Part shown: positions 28,100 through 37,851 of the stretch, piece after piece
How the letters are laid out: each line of letters opens with the position of its first letter
Position numbering within the stretch: the first letter of the stretch is position 1
Virus record (IMG/VR): IMGVR_UViG_3300049893_001211
Location: 1 to 54,097 of that record
Reading direction: 5' to 3' (one strand)
Source: a virus
Lineage: Duplodnaviria > Caudoviricetes
DNA length: 54,097 bases
Translations under genes and position numbers: made by a program
Notes under the pieces: generated by a model
The model's database searches: none
What the model saw: the letters and a program-made list of their open reading frames with translations, nothing else
What the model was told of the DNA's origin: nothing

Positions 28100-29002
28100 A
28101 TGCCTATATATCTTCCCGCTGCACCTGCTGTTGCACTTGACGCAATACAGTGGTTTATTGTCGATCGTTTCGGTATAGTACATGATGTCACATGGGCACA
28201 TAATAGTTCTGTGTTCGTACCAAAAGGTACAAAAGGACTTGGGCTTACTAAACCTGAATTAGTGTTTGAGAAACATCCGTATAGTCCTGGCTCCAGGTTA
28301 CGTTACATTCGTACACCTGAAGCTGAACTTACATTGCCATTAGTTATATCAAAAACTACTATTGCAGAGGCTATGACTGCTGCTGAAGAAATACGAAATT
28401 GGTTTTTTAGTGGTAATGAGTTTGGACTACATCCAATATACATTCGCGTACAACGTCCACAAGATTCTACACAGAGACAGATTCAAGTCTACTACAATGG
28501 TGGACTTGAAGGTGATATGGACGAAGGTACACCTACATATATTCCATATGCTATTAGTCTTATGGCTCCAGAACCTTTGTGGACGGATATCGATGCAACC
28601 GAACTAAACTATACCAATACTAGTATTAGTGTACCTCTTACAATTAGCAATCCTGGTGATGAAGACACACATCCTATCTTTGTTATTACAGGACCAGCTA
28701 CAAACATTAGTGTAACAAATGTAACAACTGGTAAAATTATATCACTTACTGCTAATGGTGGAGTTACACTTACTGCTGGAGAATCGGTTACAATTGATAC
28801 TCGACCTGCAACAGAACGTACTACTTTACCTATCGTAGACCAATTTGGTGCTAGTTTATATAGTAAACTTACTCCTGGTTCTTCACTATTAAACTGGTTT
28901 GTAGCCGGAAACAATCAAGTTATTGTTTCTGCTACAGGTACAACAAGTTCAACAGCATTTAGTATTACATTTACGCCCAAATATCGAGGAGTATTACGAT
29001 AA
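28100..29002 (+). CDS. Distal tail protein (Dit)
   Basis: L.APEPLW, NPGD..T.PIF.ITGP, IDTRP, GNN.V motifs. Confidence 0.75.
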   Translation: MPIYLPAAPAVALDAIQWFIVDRFGIVHDVTWAHNSSVFVPKGTKGLGLTKPELVFEKHPYSPGSRLRYIRTPEAELTLPLVISKTTIAEAMTAAEEIRNWFFSGNEFGLHPIYIRVQRPQDSTQRQIQVYYNGGLEGDMDEGTPTYIPYAISLMAPEPLWTDIDATELNYTNTSISVPLTISNPGDEDTHPIFVITGPATNISVTNVTTGKIISLTANGGVTLTAGESVTIDTRPATERTTLPIVDQFGASLYSKLTPGSSLLNWFVAGNNQVIVSATGTTSSTAFSITFTPKYRGVLR

Positions 29003-29799
29003 TGCCGTATTCACAATTGTCTGTGGCATTACCTCAAGACCTAAATAACAGAAAGTTTGTTGGGCCAGCAGGTAAAGTATTCAAAGGTATTGCTGATCCT
29101 GGTAACGCTGACGAAGCATCTGCGTATGTAGCTATTATCGGTCCTGACGGCACCACGCCACTTGTTACTGTCAAAGGTGTGTATATACACGGTGCCACTG
29201 CACATGACTCTGCTTTATCGAGTCAGAACCCTATTATCATCGGTGGTAAGGCAAAGTCAGCTCCAGCAGCCGTATCTGCTGCGAACGATGCTGTAGAAGC
29301 GTTCTTTGATTTACTTGGTTTGCTTGGTATTACTCCACGAGACGCTGCAACAGGCGCAATCCTCTTTCCTACTGCACAGGCTCCAGTACACAATATCGGT
29401 TCTCAAAACCTTACTCGGATTATGACCGTCCCACAAGTCTATAATTCTGGTTCTGGTAACTGGGATTTGATGCGTGGAGACTCTACAAACGGCGTTCTTG
29501 TCAACATTACAAAACGTACACGAGAAGCACTTACAGCTAGTTCTCCTACAGCGGCGACTGTTGGTACTGGTTCTGCTCAAGCTGTTGCAACAAACTCAAA
29601 CCGTAAAGGTCTAGTCCTTACAAATACATCTGTAAATACTATTAGTTTAGGTTTAGGTGCTACGGCTGTACTCAATAGTGGTATTACATTACTTCCTGGT
29701 AGTGTATTCGTTATGGATGAATACACATTTAGTACAGCCGCAATAAACGCTATTGCAAGCGCAGCTGCTTCAAATCTTGCTATTCAGGAGTACACGTAA
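29002..29799 (+). CDS. Minor tail protein
   Basis: HDS...NPIIIGG; C-terminal NRKGLVLTNTS...GITLLPG beta domain. Confidence 0.6.
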   Translation: MPYSQLSVALPQDLNNRKFVGPAGKVFKGIADPGNADEASAYVAIIGPDGTTPLVTVKGVYIHGATAHDSALSSQNPIIIGGKAKSAPAAVSAANDAVEAFFDLLGLLGITPRDAATGAILFPTAQAPVHNIGSQNLTRIMTVPQVYNSGSGNWDLMRGDSTNGVLVNITKRTREALTASSPTAATVGTGSAQAVATNSNRKGLVLTNTSVNTISLGLGATAVLNSGITLLPGSVFVMDEYTFSTAAINAIASAAASNLAIQEYT

Positions 29800-30338
29800 T
29801 GCCTATCTTCGGACCTGGCTTCATACGTGATGCAAACATTCCTTTAAATGCTGATATTGACCCTCTAAAGATGTTGTTTACCGCTATGGGTTGTTGGATG
29901 CGAAAAACAACCCCACAATCTATTACAGATGCAACTCTCACAGCAGTAACATTTGCAGATGGCGAGACTTTCGATGCGGTACCTGCTGGTGGTACAGAGT
30001 TACATAGTACGTCTACAAACCCATCTAGAATAACGTTACGGCGGGCAGGTATTTGGTTAGCAGTAGGCTTATTGTCATACGAAGGTGCTACAGGTACAGG
30101 TAGTGGCCGTTATGCATATATAATCAAAAACGGTGTCACAACTGTTATTGCGCCAAGTGTATATGTAACAGTTGCTAGTCAGCCTGTAGGTGTGCTTGCA
30201 GCAGGATTTATTTATACTGCTACAAATACTGAATATATTGAATTAGGTGCTTATCATGGACAAGGTTCGAACGTAAACGTTGGTGACTATGGCTCTGGAA
30301 CATTCTTTGGTGCATGTTGGATGGGTGATAACACCTAA
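29799..30338 (+). CDS. Minor tail protein, TNF/C1q-like receptor-binding domain
   Basis: QSI......AVTF...FD...H....PSRIT..RAGIW...YIEL.AYH. Confidence 0.6.
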   Translation: MPIFGPGFIRDANIPLNADIDPLKMLFTAMGCWMRKTTPQSITDATLTAVTFADGETFDAVPAGGTELHSTSTNPSRITLRRAGIWLAVGLLSYEGATGTGSGRYAYIIKNGVTTVIAPSVYVTVASQPVGVLAAGFIYTATNTEYIELGAYHGQGSNVNVGDYGSGTFFGACWMGDNT

Positions 30339-30346
30339 ATATAGGA

Positions 30347-32386
30347 GTGACTATGGTAGTAGAATCTGATCTGATTGCACGAGGTCTAGCTGCATCCGAT
30401 CTAGAACTTGGTTTAGGAACTGCACCACGTTTCAATGTATATATTCGAGATAAGAACTACAACATTGTTGACCAGCTAACCGAATTTAATGAATTTACAT
30501 TTATTCCACGTTTCAATGGTATTGGCACGTGGCGACTCAAGATTGCAGCCGAGTCACTTGCTGCATCTATTCTTACACCGTTTCACGGTATTGTTGTTAA
30601 GAGAGTTGTTGAAGGCGCTGAAAAAACTATCTTTAGTGGTTCTGCTGGTTCTGAATGGGAAGAAACTAGAGAGTCTCTTACTGTTGCAGGATGGTGTGAC
30701 AACAAGTTACTAGAAAGCACTGCTAGACCTACACCAGCACAAGCACAGGGACCATACGCAAGCGAATATTACGTCATTACAGGTATTGCTAGTACCGTAA
30801 TGAGACAAGTAGTATTCGATAACATTGCAGGGGCCGCTCCTACCGAATGGAAAATACCTCAGTTAGCGTTAGCTGCGAACCCGTTTATAGGCAGTACCGT
30901 AACGCTACGTGCACGGTTCGACCCGTTGCTTATATTGTTAGCGACGATAGCAGCGGCACCTGGAGCTACAGGCTTAGGATTCAAAATCCTACAAAGTGAT
31001 ACCATACAAGGTCAAATCGATTTCATCGTCTATGCTCCACAAGACAAACATATCGACACCATTTTCGGTATTGAAAACTACACCGTTAGCGATTATAAGT
31101 TTACTTATAAGCTACCTTCACACAACTATTTTCAAGTTGCAGGTGGCGATGACTTTGGCCTTTATCGAACTGTTGTAGAAGGTGGCGACACCACTAGTAT
31201 AGCAGAAGTTGGTCGTCGGATTCCTTTATTTGTGGATAAACGTGGAGTAACTGATCTTTCAGAACTTACACAAGCACTTGCAGAACAAATTGCAGGTGCA
31301 GTATCTACTCGAAGTGTTGAAGTTGTACCTGTTGAAGTACCTGCTTATCAACTTGGTGTTGATTATGATTTAGGTGACTATGTAACAGCCGTTGTCAAGG
31401 GAGTACAATATCCTCGAATCATTCGTGATATCGAGTATACACTAAGTCCTACTGATGGTACGTTCATCAAACTCAATATTGCCGATCCATTTGCATCGGA
31501 TGACGACCTATTAGCACAACACCTAAACTCACTATCACATCGACTAGAGAATCTAGAAAAGAATTGGAATGTACCAGATAATAGTCTCATTCCAGCAATG
31601 TTTCACGAGACTATTAGAGACTATGTAGGTGATCTAAAACTCACCGCTAGAAGTAGTGCACAACCAGCATGGTTAGTATGTGATGGTTCTGCTATCAGTC
31701 GAACAGTATACAGTTCATTGTTTGCCGCTATTGGGACAACATTTGGTGTTGGTAATGGTACAACTACTTTCAATATACCTGACTTTCGTGGTCGTGGGCC
31801 TATTGGCGTAGGAAACACCTATACTCTTGCACAACTCGGTGGCTCGGACACTATTAGTCCTAACTTTGGTAATCACTCTCACAATCATAGTCATGGTGGA
31901 GGTACCTTAGTATATAGTCACGTTCACAACGAACGTGCACACACACATCCAGGAAGCCACGATCACGGTCTAGATGCCCATAGACATCAAATGAGTCACG
32001 ATCATGATGTAAATATTGGACAATTTGACAGTGGAAAAACAAATATTGACTCAGTTGCAGTTGGTCACGCTTCATTAGGTTCTGGTTCAACTGACCATCA
32101 TCACAGTGTAGACCCACCAAATACAACAACAACACCACCTAACAATACGGTAACTGGTAGTGGAGAAAAGGTTGTTGGAGGGGGTTCATTTTTATCAACA
32201 ATAAGTAACGATACATTTGCACCAGCAGCGTCGTACACAGGAGCACAAAATGGTCCTAATAACGATAGCTGGTCAGGTGTTACAAGTACAGATACCACAT
32301 CCACCGCTGTAAGTGGATCAAACATCAATGTCAAAAACCCGTTTCAATGTGTCAACATTACCATTTATGCTGGAGTACAAATATGA
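30347..32386 (+). CDS. Baseplate hub (ReqiPepy6 Gp37-like) fused to tail-collar domain and His-rich fibre
   Basis: RFNGIGTW, FVDKR, GVDYDLGDYVT; collar WLVCDGSAISRTVYSSLFAAIGTTFG.GNGTTTFNIPDFRGR; HxH repeats. Confidence 0.75.
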   Translation: MTMVVESDLIARGLAASDLELGLGTAPRFNVYIRDKNYNIVDQLTEFNEFTFIPRFNGIGTWRLKIAAESLAASILTPFHGIVVKRVVEGAEKTIFSGSAGSEWEETRESLTVAGWCDNKLLESTARPTPAQAQGPYASEYYVITGIASTVMRQVVFDNIAGAAPTEWKIPQLALAANPFIGSTVTLRARFDPLLILLATIAAAPGATGLGFKILQSDTIQGQIDFIVYAPQDKHIDTIFGIENYTVSDYKFTYKLPSHNYFQVAGGDDFGLYRTVVEGGDTTSIAEVGRRIPLFVDKRGVTDLSELTQALAEQIAGAVSTRSVEVVPVEVPAYQLGVDYDLGDYVTAVVKGVQYPRIIRDIEYTLSPTDGTFIKLNIADPFASDDDLLAQHLNSLSHRLENLEKNWNVPDNSLIPAMFHETIRDYVGDLKLTARSSAQPAWLVCDGSAISRTVYSSLFAAIGTTFGVGNGTTTFNIPDFRGRGPIGVGNTYTLAQLGGSDTISPNFGNHSHNHSHGGGTLVYSHVHNERAHTHPGSHDHGLDAHRHQMSHDHDVNIGQFDSGKTNIDSVAVGHASLGSGSTDHHHSVDPPNTTTTPPNNTVTGSGEKVVGGGSFLSTISNDTFAPAASYTGAQNGPNNDSWSGVTSTDTTSTAVSGSNINVKNPFQCVNITIYAGVQI

Positions 32387-32688
32387 TTTGTGAATGTACT
32401 GTACGTGTTCTTCGTTGTGACCGAGTAGAAAGTAAAAGCGGACAAGTATGGTGGGACATAGCTTTTGAAATTGAAGCTACAGAATATCCTACACAATATA
32501 TTCCTATTACTGTATACAGTTACGAGTTGCCTGCTGGTAGGGAAGACGTAGATTTAGCTATACAACTTGCTGCATCGAAGGCACTACCACAACAGATTAT
32601 GGCACTCTATACAAAACGAGTGTATAAAGAGCCAAACTACTTTGACACTCTCGCTGAAGCATTAGCTAACGAAGGTACTAATGATTAG
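32383..32688 (+). CDS. Hypothetical protein (possible fibre assembly factor)
   Basis: ATGA overlap at 32383 with GGAG SD. Confidence 0.5.
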   Translation: MICECTVRVLRCDRVESKSGQVWWDIAFEIEATEYPTQYIPITVYSYELPAGREDVDLAIQLAASKALPQQIMALYTKRVYKEPNYFDTLAEALANEGTND

Positions 32689-32869
32689 TATTATATTTTC
32701 TGTGTTAGACCCTACTCTAAATCTTATAAAAATTCATCCTGATGATCGATGTGTAGTCCTACAAATCAAAAGTCAGGAAGACATTGTAGGACTACACTTT
32801 GATACACCAGAAGATTTAGACGCATTTATTGGACTTCTTCAAATCGCTAAAGGACAAACTCCACCATGA
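32681..32869 (+). CDS. Hypothetical protein
   Basis: Overlapping start/stop coupling, GAAGG SD. Confidence 0.5.
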   Translation: MISIIFSVLDPTLNLIKIHPDDRCVVLQIKSQEDIVGLHFDTPEDLDAFIGLLQIAKGQTPP

Positions 32870-33918
32870 GTTTAGGACTGTGTACTACTCCAGAATTTCC
32901 GTTATCTAAGACAGAAGAATCCGAACTAAATCCACCATACTATCGTTCACTTCTCTATCAATTGTCTGACATAAACACCTTACTTAGTTGGAACAGACCG
33001 TTTGTTATCACACTCAACAATCAATGTAAAGAAGTTGGTGGAGATTGGTCAGGTTGGGATAACACAGTACATCTTTTACTAGAACATTTAAAGTCAAGGA
33101 AACGTCTCAAAGACTTGTTGCTATTAGGCTGTGGAAACGAATTTGATATCTATTGGACTGAGAACAAAAGTGTACCACCAGAATTTGCAGCAGACTTAGC
33201 TCGACGTACTGCTCGACTTGCACATAATTACAATGTAAAAGTAGCTCCTACATCGGTTGCAGGCCCACAATGGGTACATTACTTATCTATCATGGCTGAT
33301 CTCTGTCGAGACGACGTAGATTATTTCGACATACATCCGTATGGTCAACGACCTGAAGGATGGAAAGATGGTCAACGTTGGCTTCATGGCGATCTAAAGG
33401 ATGTTGTAAATACAGTAAAAACTATTGGTCAAAAGCCTGTTGTGTTTACTGAATACGGTGTAAAAGTACGAGATGCAGGTAACGAGAAAGAAGTAGCAAA
33501 CTTTCTCTACGCAGTAAACAATTCTATACAAACACTGGATGTATCGTATTGTGCTTGGTTTGCTTATTGTGATGAAATTGGTGCTCCACACGAGCGTGGA
33601 CCAGATGCGTTCGGACTCAAGAGCGATAAGGGTGTAAAACGTCCAGCTTATATTACGTACGCACAAATCCATGCTTCGTCTGTACCTACACCTATACCAG
33701 AACCTCCACCACCACCATTACAACAATGGCGTGGACAAGTAGGTGATGGCCTGCTTGCTATGATGCTGGAAGACTACACCGAACCTGCACAACGTAAGAG
33801 TACATGGCTACCACTCGGAGTAACACCATCTGATGTAGAAGAATGCTATGGGAAGAATGGTGTATGCTACGTATGGCTATTAGGAGAAAACAAAGGATTT
33901 AGATTCTTTCCAACGTAA
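32866..33918 (+). CDS. Clan GH-A TIM-barrel glycoside hydrolase with Pro linker and C-terminal domain
   Basis: GNE acid/base, IHPY, VFTEYG nucleophile, FGL...KRPAY; PTPIPEPPPPP linker. Confidence 0.7.
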   Translation: MSLGLCTTPEFPLSKTEESELNPPYYRSLLYQLSDINTLLSWNRPFVITLNNQCKEVGGDWSGWDNTVHLLLEHLKSRKRLKDLLLLGCGNEFDIYWTENKSVPPEFAADLARRTARLAHNYNVKVAPTSVAGPQWVHYLSIMADLCRDDVDYFDIHPYGQRPEGWKDGQRWLHGDLKDVVNTVKTIGQKPVVFTEYGVKVRDAGNEKEVANFLYAVNNSIQTLDVSYCAWFAYCDEIGAPHERGPDAFGLKSDKGVKRPAYITYAQIHASSVPTPIPEPPPPPLQQWRGQVGDGLLAMMLEDYTEPAQRKSTWLPLGVTPSDVEECYGKNGVCYVWLLGENKGFRFFPT

Positions 33919-33943
33919 TAAACTTAGCTTTGATTTAGACACG

Positions 33944-33982
33944 AAAAAGCCCCATGTCATTTCGACATGGGGCTTTTGTTTT
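33944..33982. terminator. Bidirectional intrinsic terminator
   Basis: AAAAAGCCCCATGTC-atttc-GACATGGGGCTTTTGTTTT at the convergence of the two arms. Confidence 0.9.
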
Positions 33983-33995
33983 GTTCTGTTTCCGA

Positions 33996-34736
33996 CTACT
34001 TGTTTTCTAGTATCTTACGCATATCGGCTGTAATAGCTTGTAGCTTTGCAATTTCTTCGTTCATGTTTCCAATCGTTGTATCGGCTCTGTCCAATAGTTT
34101 TTGTATTTCAGATGTACCTGGAGCAGGCTTACCATATAAAGGTATATCTAACAGTTCTCCGCTAAATTCGTTGAGATCAACGTTTCTAGATATTCCTCGA
34201 ACTCTGCCTTTATCTGAATACTGCCAAAATTCATATCCTGTCCACGGTAGCGGTGGTCCAGGTTTTGTTTCTTGATACGATGCAAGCCAAAGGTTATATG
34301 GCTGCAATACATTTCTATGTGGCATTGGCATTCTACTATCTAGATACCAATTTCCACTATATAGCAACGCATTGAATCCTACAATACTTTCTACAATTTG
34401 TAGAAAATACAACGTCCACGATATAACATCACCGCTGAAATCAGGGTCTTCCATATCAAGAACGAGGATATCTCCTGGTTCAAGTTCTTGATATTTTATC
34501 GAATCTAAGAAGAAATGCGCTTCTGATACAGGTTCATTTCTACTTGGACGTGCATAATGATACGCTCCACGATATCGTCCTGATTGTTTTGCTCCAATCC
34601 AATTACGATCAAACCAAGAATCCTTGAAATCTATCGATTCGCTTGCCTTTATAAAGGCAAACTTGATATCCGATGGTACGACACTCCAATTTATATATTC
34701 CTGGTGATTGCTAACATCAATTCCTTTGACGGTCAT
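33996..34736 (-). CDS. GH25 muramidase (endolysin)
   Basis: GIDVSNHQ, FAFIKASE, GAYHY, LDME, LWLASY, WQYS, VDLN. Confidence 0.9.
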   Translation of the reverse strand: MTVKGIDVSNHQEYINWSVVPSDIKFAFIKASESIDFKDSWFDRNWIGAKQSGRYRGAYHYARPSRNEPVSEAHFFLDSIKYQELEPGDILVLDMEDPDFSGDVISWTLYFLQIVESIVGFNALLYSGNWYLDSRMPMPHRNVLQPYNLWLASYQETKPGPPLPWTGYEFWQYSDKGRVRGISRNVDLNEFSGELLDIPLYGKPAPGTSEIQKLLDRADTTIGNMNEEIAKLQAITADMRKILENK

Positions 34737-34914
34737 TCTCTATTTCTCCATCATTTTGTCTTGGTCCTGTTGGAATAAACCACGGTCCTGGTAACACGTT
34801 TGTAGGATTTATTACGGGTATTGGAGACGGCGATGACACTGGTTTAGGTTCTGGTTCAGTCGCGAGGACGTTCAGACTTAAGCAAATCATGCCAATTACA
34901 GCATTGCGTAACAT
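34717..34914 (-). CDS. Small Pro-rich protein with signal-peptide-like N-terminus
   Basis: MLRNAVIGMICLSLNVLA|TEPEPKP; AAGGA SD; fills gap between thyX and GH25. Confidence 0.45.
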   Translation of the reverse strand: MLRNAVIGMICLSLNVLATEPEPKPVSSPSPIPVINPTNVLPGPWFIPTGPRQNDGEIENDRQRN

Positions 34915-35821
34915 AATCGATTCCTTTTGTATCTAAAAGCTTAGAGATTTGTATCCAGCCGTACATGTTTCCATACCATCGATCTTCGCCAGCTTTGGCT
35001 GCGTGTCTCAATGGACTAAAGTGACCATTAGCTTTAAATGACTTTGCTCGATTTATTTCATCTTCAAAAGCATATTCTATTCCCTGCTTATAATATGTTA
35101 CTCGCCCACATCGTGCACTGCTTACGAGTGCAGCATCTAACATAGCTTCTTCATATGTAAAGAATGTCTTACCAAACATTGTTACGTGTTCTACATTACA
35201 ATCATCACATATATTTCCAAACCGTACAGGCAATTCATCTACATATGGCAAATGCCAGTCTCTTCGTACTGGAATAGACGTATGCCATTGTTTGTGCATA
35301 ATAGACGCAATTTCACGAAACTCTGGTTGTGCTGCATTGTTATCCCGCAAACCAAAAAAGTTGTTTATTCCAATCTTTCCTCCACTCGTCATAGTACATA
35401 CTATCTTCGTCCACATCCAAGGTTCTAATAGTCTATTTATTCGTTGCTTATCTGGCTTCCGTCCACTTGGAAGATTTAACATTTCTTCAACTTTAGTCAC
35501 CATCAAGTTTCTGGCTTCAAGCCATTTTGTGTGTAGATAATCTGTATCGGCTGCGTCGAGTTGTTCGTCTGGAGCCATACCTTTAGCATTTGCACGCCAA
35601 TCCAAAAACATTACAGGGTTTTCTCTTGTTGCCTGTAAAATAGTAGTTGTAGGTATAGCACGACTACTTGCGCTATTACGTTCAATTTCTACTTTGTGTG
35701 TGTTGAATTCCGCAACTAACCACTTGGGCATTGTAATTTCCCAAGTAATTATTTCATTTCCCTCTGCACTCGTTGTATGTGCTATTACTTCTGCACCATA
35801 CCATGCATTATGTTGTTGCAT
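34856..35821 (-). CDS. thyX: FAD-dependent thymidylate synthase (ThyX-like, divergent motif)
   Basis: AEFNTHK...RNSASSRAIP, KQ..NRLLEP, LR...AAQPEFR, SARC.RVTY, HFSP..H. Confidence 0.8.
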   Translation of the reverse strand: MQQHNAWYGAEVIAHTTSAEGNEIITWEITMPKWLVAEFNTHKVEIERNSASSRAIPTTTILQATRENPVMFLDWRANAKGMAPDEQLDAADTDYLHTKWLEARNLMVTKVEEMLNLPSGRKPDKQRINRLLEPWMWTKIVCTMTSGGKIGINNFFGLRDNNAAQPEFREIASIMHKQWHTSIPVRRDWHLPYVDELPVRFGNICDDCNVEHVTMFGKTFFTYEEAMLDAALVSSARCGRVTYYKQGIEYAFEDEINRAKSFKANGHFSPLRHAAKAGEDRWYGNMYGWIQISKLLDTKGIDYVTQCCNWHDLLKSERPRD

Positions 35822-36026
35822 TTTTATCTTTCTGTGTACCTGTTAGGTTCTTTGGCATAGTCGTATGACAATCACTACATGTCAACGTTTGTAACACTAA
35901 GTTAGTTCCTGAACAATATGCACACATTGTAAGCGAACTTAGCTTATCAAATACTTCTTTATTACCTTTAGCTTGTCGAACTCTCGTCGTGAGTTTCTTG
36001 ATGGTAGATTGGGGCTTTGCAGACAT
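35808..36026 (-). CDS. Small zinc-ribbon protein
   Basis: CAYC...CSDC; AGGTGG SD. Confidence 0.55.
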   Translation of the reverse strand: MSAKPQSTIKKLTTRVRQAKGNKEVFDKLSSLTMCAYCSGTNLVLQTLTCSDCHTTMPKNLTGTQKDKNATT

Positions 36027-36360
36027 ACCACCTAAATCCTCTTAAATCAATTATAGTGGTTAATTCTGGAAACAAAGCGTGACTGTTTTGTACATGTATG
36101 ATGTGAATTCCCAATTGTTGTAAGTAAAAGAATATAGCATTCATTGATGTAAACACGTCACATCGACGAATCCATAAATACATATTAGGATCGCCACATT
36201 GATGATCTTCTGGTCGGTGTAACAAATACACACACGGGTTATTGTCGGCATCTGATTCAAATTCTGCAAATTTAGTTGGTGCATTCTCAGTTACCGCTAC
36301 CTGTTCAGTCGAACCTGTTGTATTTTTATGTCTATGTTTTACATAAGGCATCAGTAACAC
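35968..36360 (-). CDS. Hypothetical protein
   Basis: ORF in operon; start uncertain. Confidence 0.45.
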   Translation of the reverse strand: MLLMPYVKHRHKNTTGSTEQVAVTENAPTKFAEFESDADNNPCVYLLHRPEDHQCGDPNMYLWIRRCDVFTSMNAIFFYLQQLGIHIIHVQNSHALFPELTTIIDLRGFRWYVCKAPIYHQETHDESSTS

Positions 36361-36962
36361 CTACATGTGACCAAAGGCACCCACTTTACTGTACCATGCC
36401 AACGTTCTATTGTACTTCTAATAAACTCGAAGTCATCTACCATATTACCGAACAATGCAGGAATGTTTGGAACTACAAAGTTTTGTCCTGTAACTTTGCC
36501 GCGTGTAATACTACGATCGTAGTCATTCCACAACGGCATTGGAACTGTATTTCCTCGATGTGGTGACGGATGTAACTCTGCTTGAAACAGATATGGAATC
36601 ATCCCGTAATGACTTATAATTTGTAACATATCTGGTATAGCACCTTCAACCATTACATCGTCATCACCTATATTCATAATAAATTCAGACCGACCTACAC
36701 TATAACGGTAAGCATAATCTAGTTGTGGATAACCCCAATCGTGATAACCACTATTGTATGAAAGATGTAAAGCTCTATAATTCTTGCAAACGTCTCTTAG
36801 GTCATTAGTAGAATAATATCCATCAGGTTTCCCACCAAATGTATCCTCAACTACTATAACTGTAGGCTTGTAACCTCGTTGTGCTTCTGAAGTCAAAGAT
36901 TCTAAAGCTTGTATAATACTTGGTCTGCCTTGTGTAGGTATAACGACTGCTATGTCAAACAT
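36351..36962 (-). CDS. Glycosyltransferase family 2
   Basis: IAVVIPTQGRP, VIVVED, MNIGDDD, DDFEF. Confidence 0.75.
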   Translation of the reverse strand: MFDIAVVIPTQGRPSIIQALESLTSEAQRGYKPTVIVVEDTFGGKPDGYYSTNDLRDVCKNYRALHLSYNSGYHDWGYPQLDYAYRYSVGRSEFIMNIGDDDVMVEGAIPDMLQIISHYGMIPYLFQAELHPSPHRGNTVPMPLWNDYDRSITRGKVTGQNFVVPNIPALFGNMVDDFEFIRSTIERWHGTVKWVPLVTCRCY

Positions 36963-37636
36963 TACTGATCTAACCTGTGTTCGAACGTTACTTCATCTAA
37001 CATCGCCCACTGAGCACCGTTACGCATCCATTTTTCTATGAGACTCCAATCTACAGGATGAGAACCCCAATCAGGATACCCAAACTTCACAAGGTTCTCT
37101 GGTCGAAATAAGAAGTGCGTAATTTGTCCGTGTGCTGGCGGACTCATGCCAATATTCCGCCGTTCGTGGTTGCTCGGTGCGCCATTACGCCAAATGTGTA
37201 CCCGAGGATATACAAAGTCAGGAAACACTAAACGTCCGTGAGTATCACATTCATCCACTCCCAATGGCGTTTCAATCAACTGTACAAGTTTTTCAATATG
37301 ATAATCTGCAAGTGCACGTTCATCATCGCACCATGGCATTACGTATGTACCCTTTGCAAGTAGATAGCCTACCAATAATGGTGCAATACCAAACGAACTT
37401 TTATCTAATCCAGACCAATTTCGGCCCAGGATATTTATATTAAACATAAAGTTTGTTCTTAGTTCCTTAAATGAAAACTCCCTTGCAATTCCATAAGATG
37501 TATAATCTGGTCCATCTACGACTACAATTATTTGTAACGGTCTATATGCTTGGCCCTTTATATGATTAAGGGTTTCTTCGAGTAGTTCTGGTCTTTGCCA
37601 TGTAGGTATGACTATACTTACAAGTGGAAAATCCAT
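36962..37636 (-). CDS. Glycosyltransferase family 2 (paralog of 5335-6024)
   Basis: VSIVIPTWQRP, VVVDGP, GRNWS, WCDDE, DFVY, DW, HRLD. Confidence 0.85.
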   Translation of the reverse strand: MDFPLVSIVIPTWQRPELLEETLNHIKGQAYRPLQIIVVVDGPDYTSYGIAREFSFKELRTNFMFNINILGRNWSGLDKSSFGIAPLLVGYLLAKGTYVMPWCDDERALADYHIEKLVQLIETPLGVDECDTHGRLVFPDFVYPRVHIWRNGAPSNHERRNIGMSPPAHGQITHFLFRPENLVKFGYPDWGSHPVDWSLIEKWMRNGAQWAMLDEVTFEHRLDQ

Positions 37637-37851
37637 TAACTTACCTCTGCTGTAGGCAATCCGCGTCGTTGTGCATCTTCACCATAAAACTTTGTATTTG
37701 GCCCGTAGTAAGGATATTTTGCAACACAGTCTTCTTCACACTTCCACTTTCGACTACATGTACAACAATCACATTCACAATTCCCTTCATGATTCCGTAG
37801 AAATCTGCAACCATGCGAACCCCAATATACTCTACAACGCTTTGTTTCCAT
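37636..37851 (-). CDS. Cys-rich small protein
   Basis: CRVYWGSHGC...CECDCCTC...PYYGP.TKFYGED. Confidence 0.6.
   Translation of the reverse strand: METKRCRVYWGSHGCRFLRNHEGNCECDCCTCSRKWKCEEDCVAKYPYYGPNTKFYGEDAQRRGLPTAEVS

Noticed and set aside
33967-34275. 102-aa + strand ORF after the terminator
   Set aside because: Starts inside the terminator and is antisense to the GH25 gene
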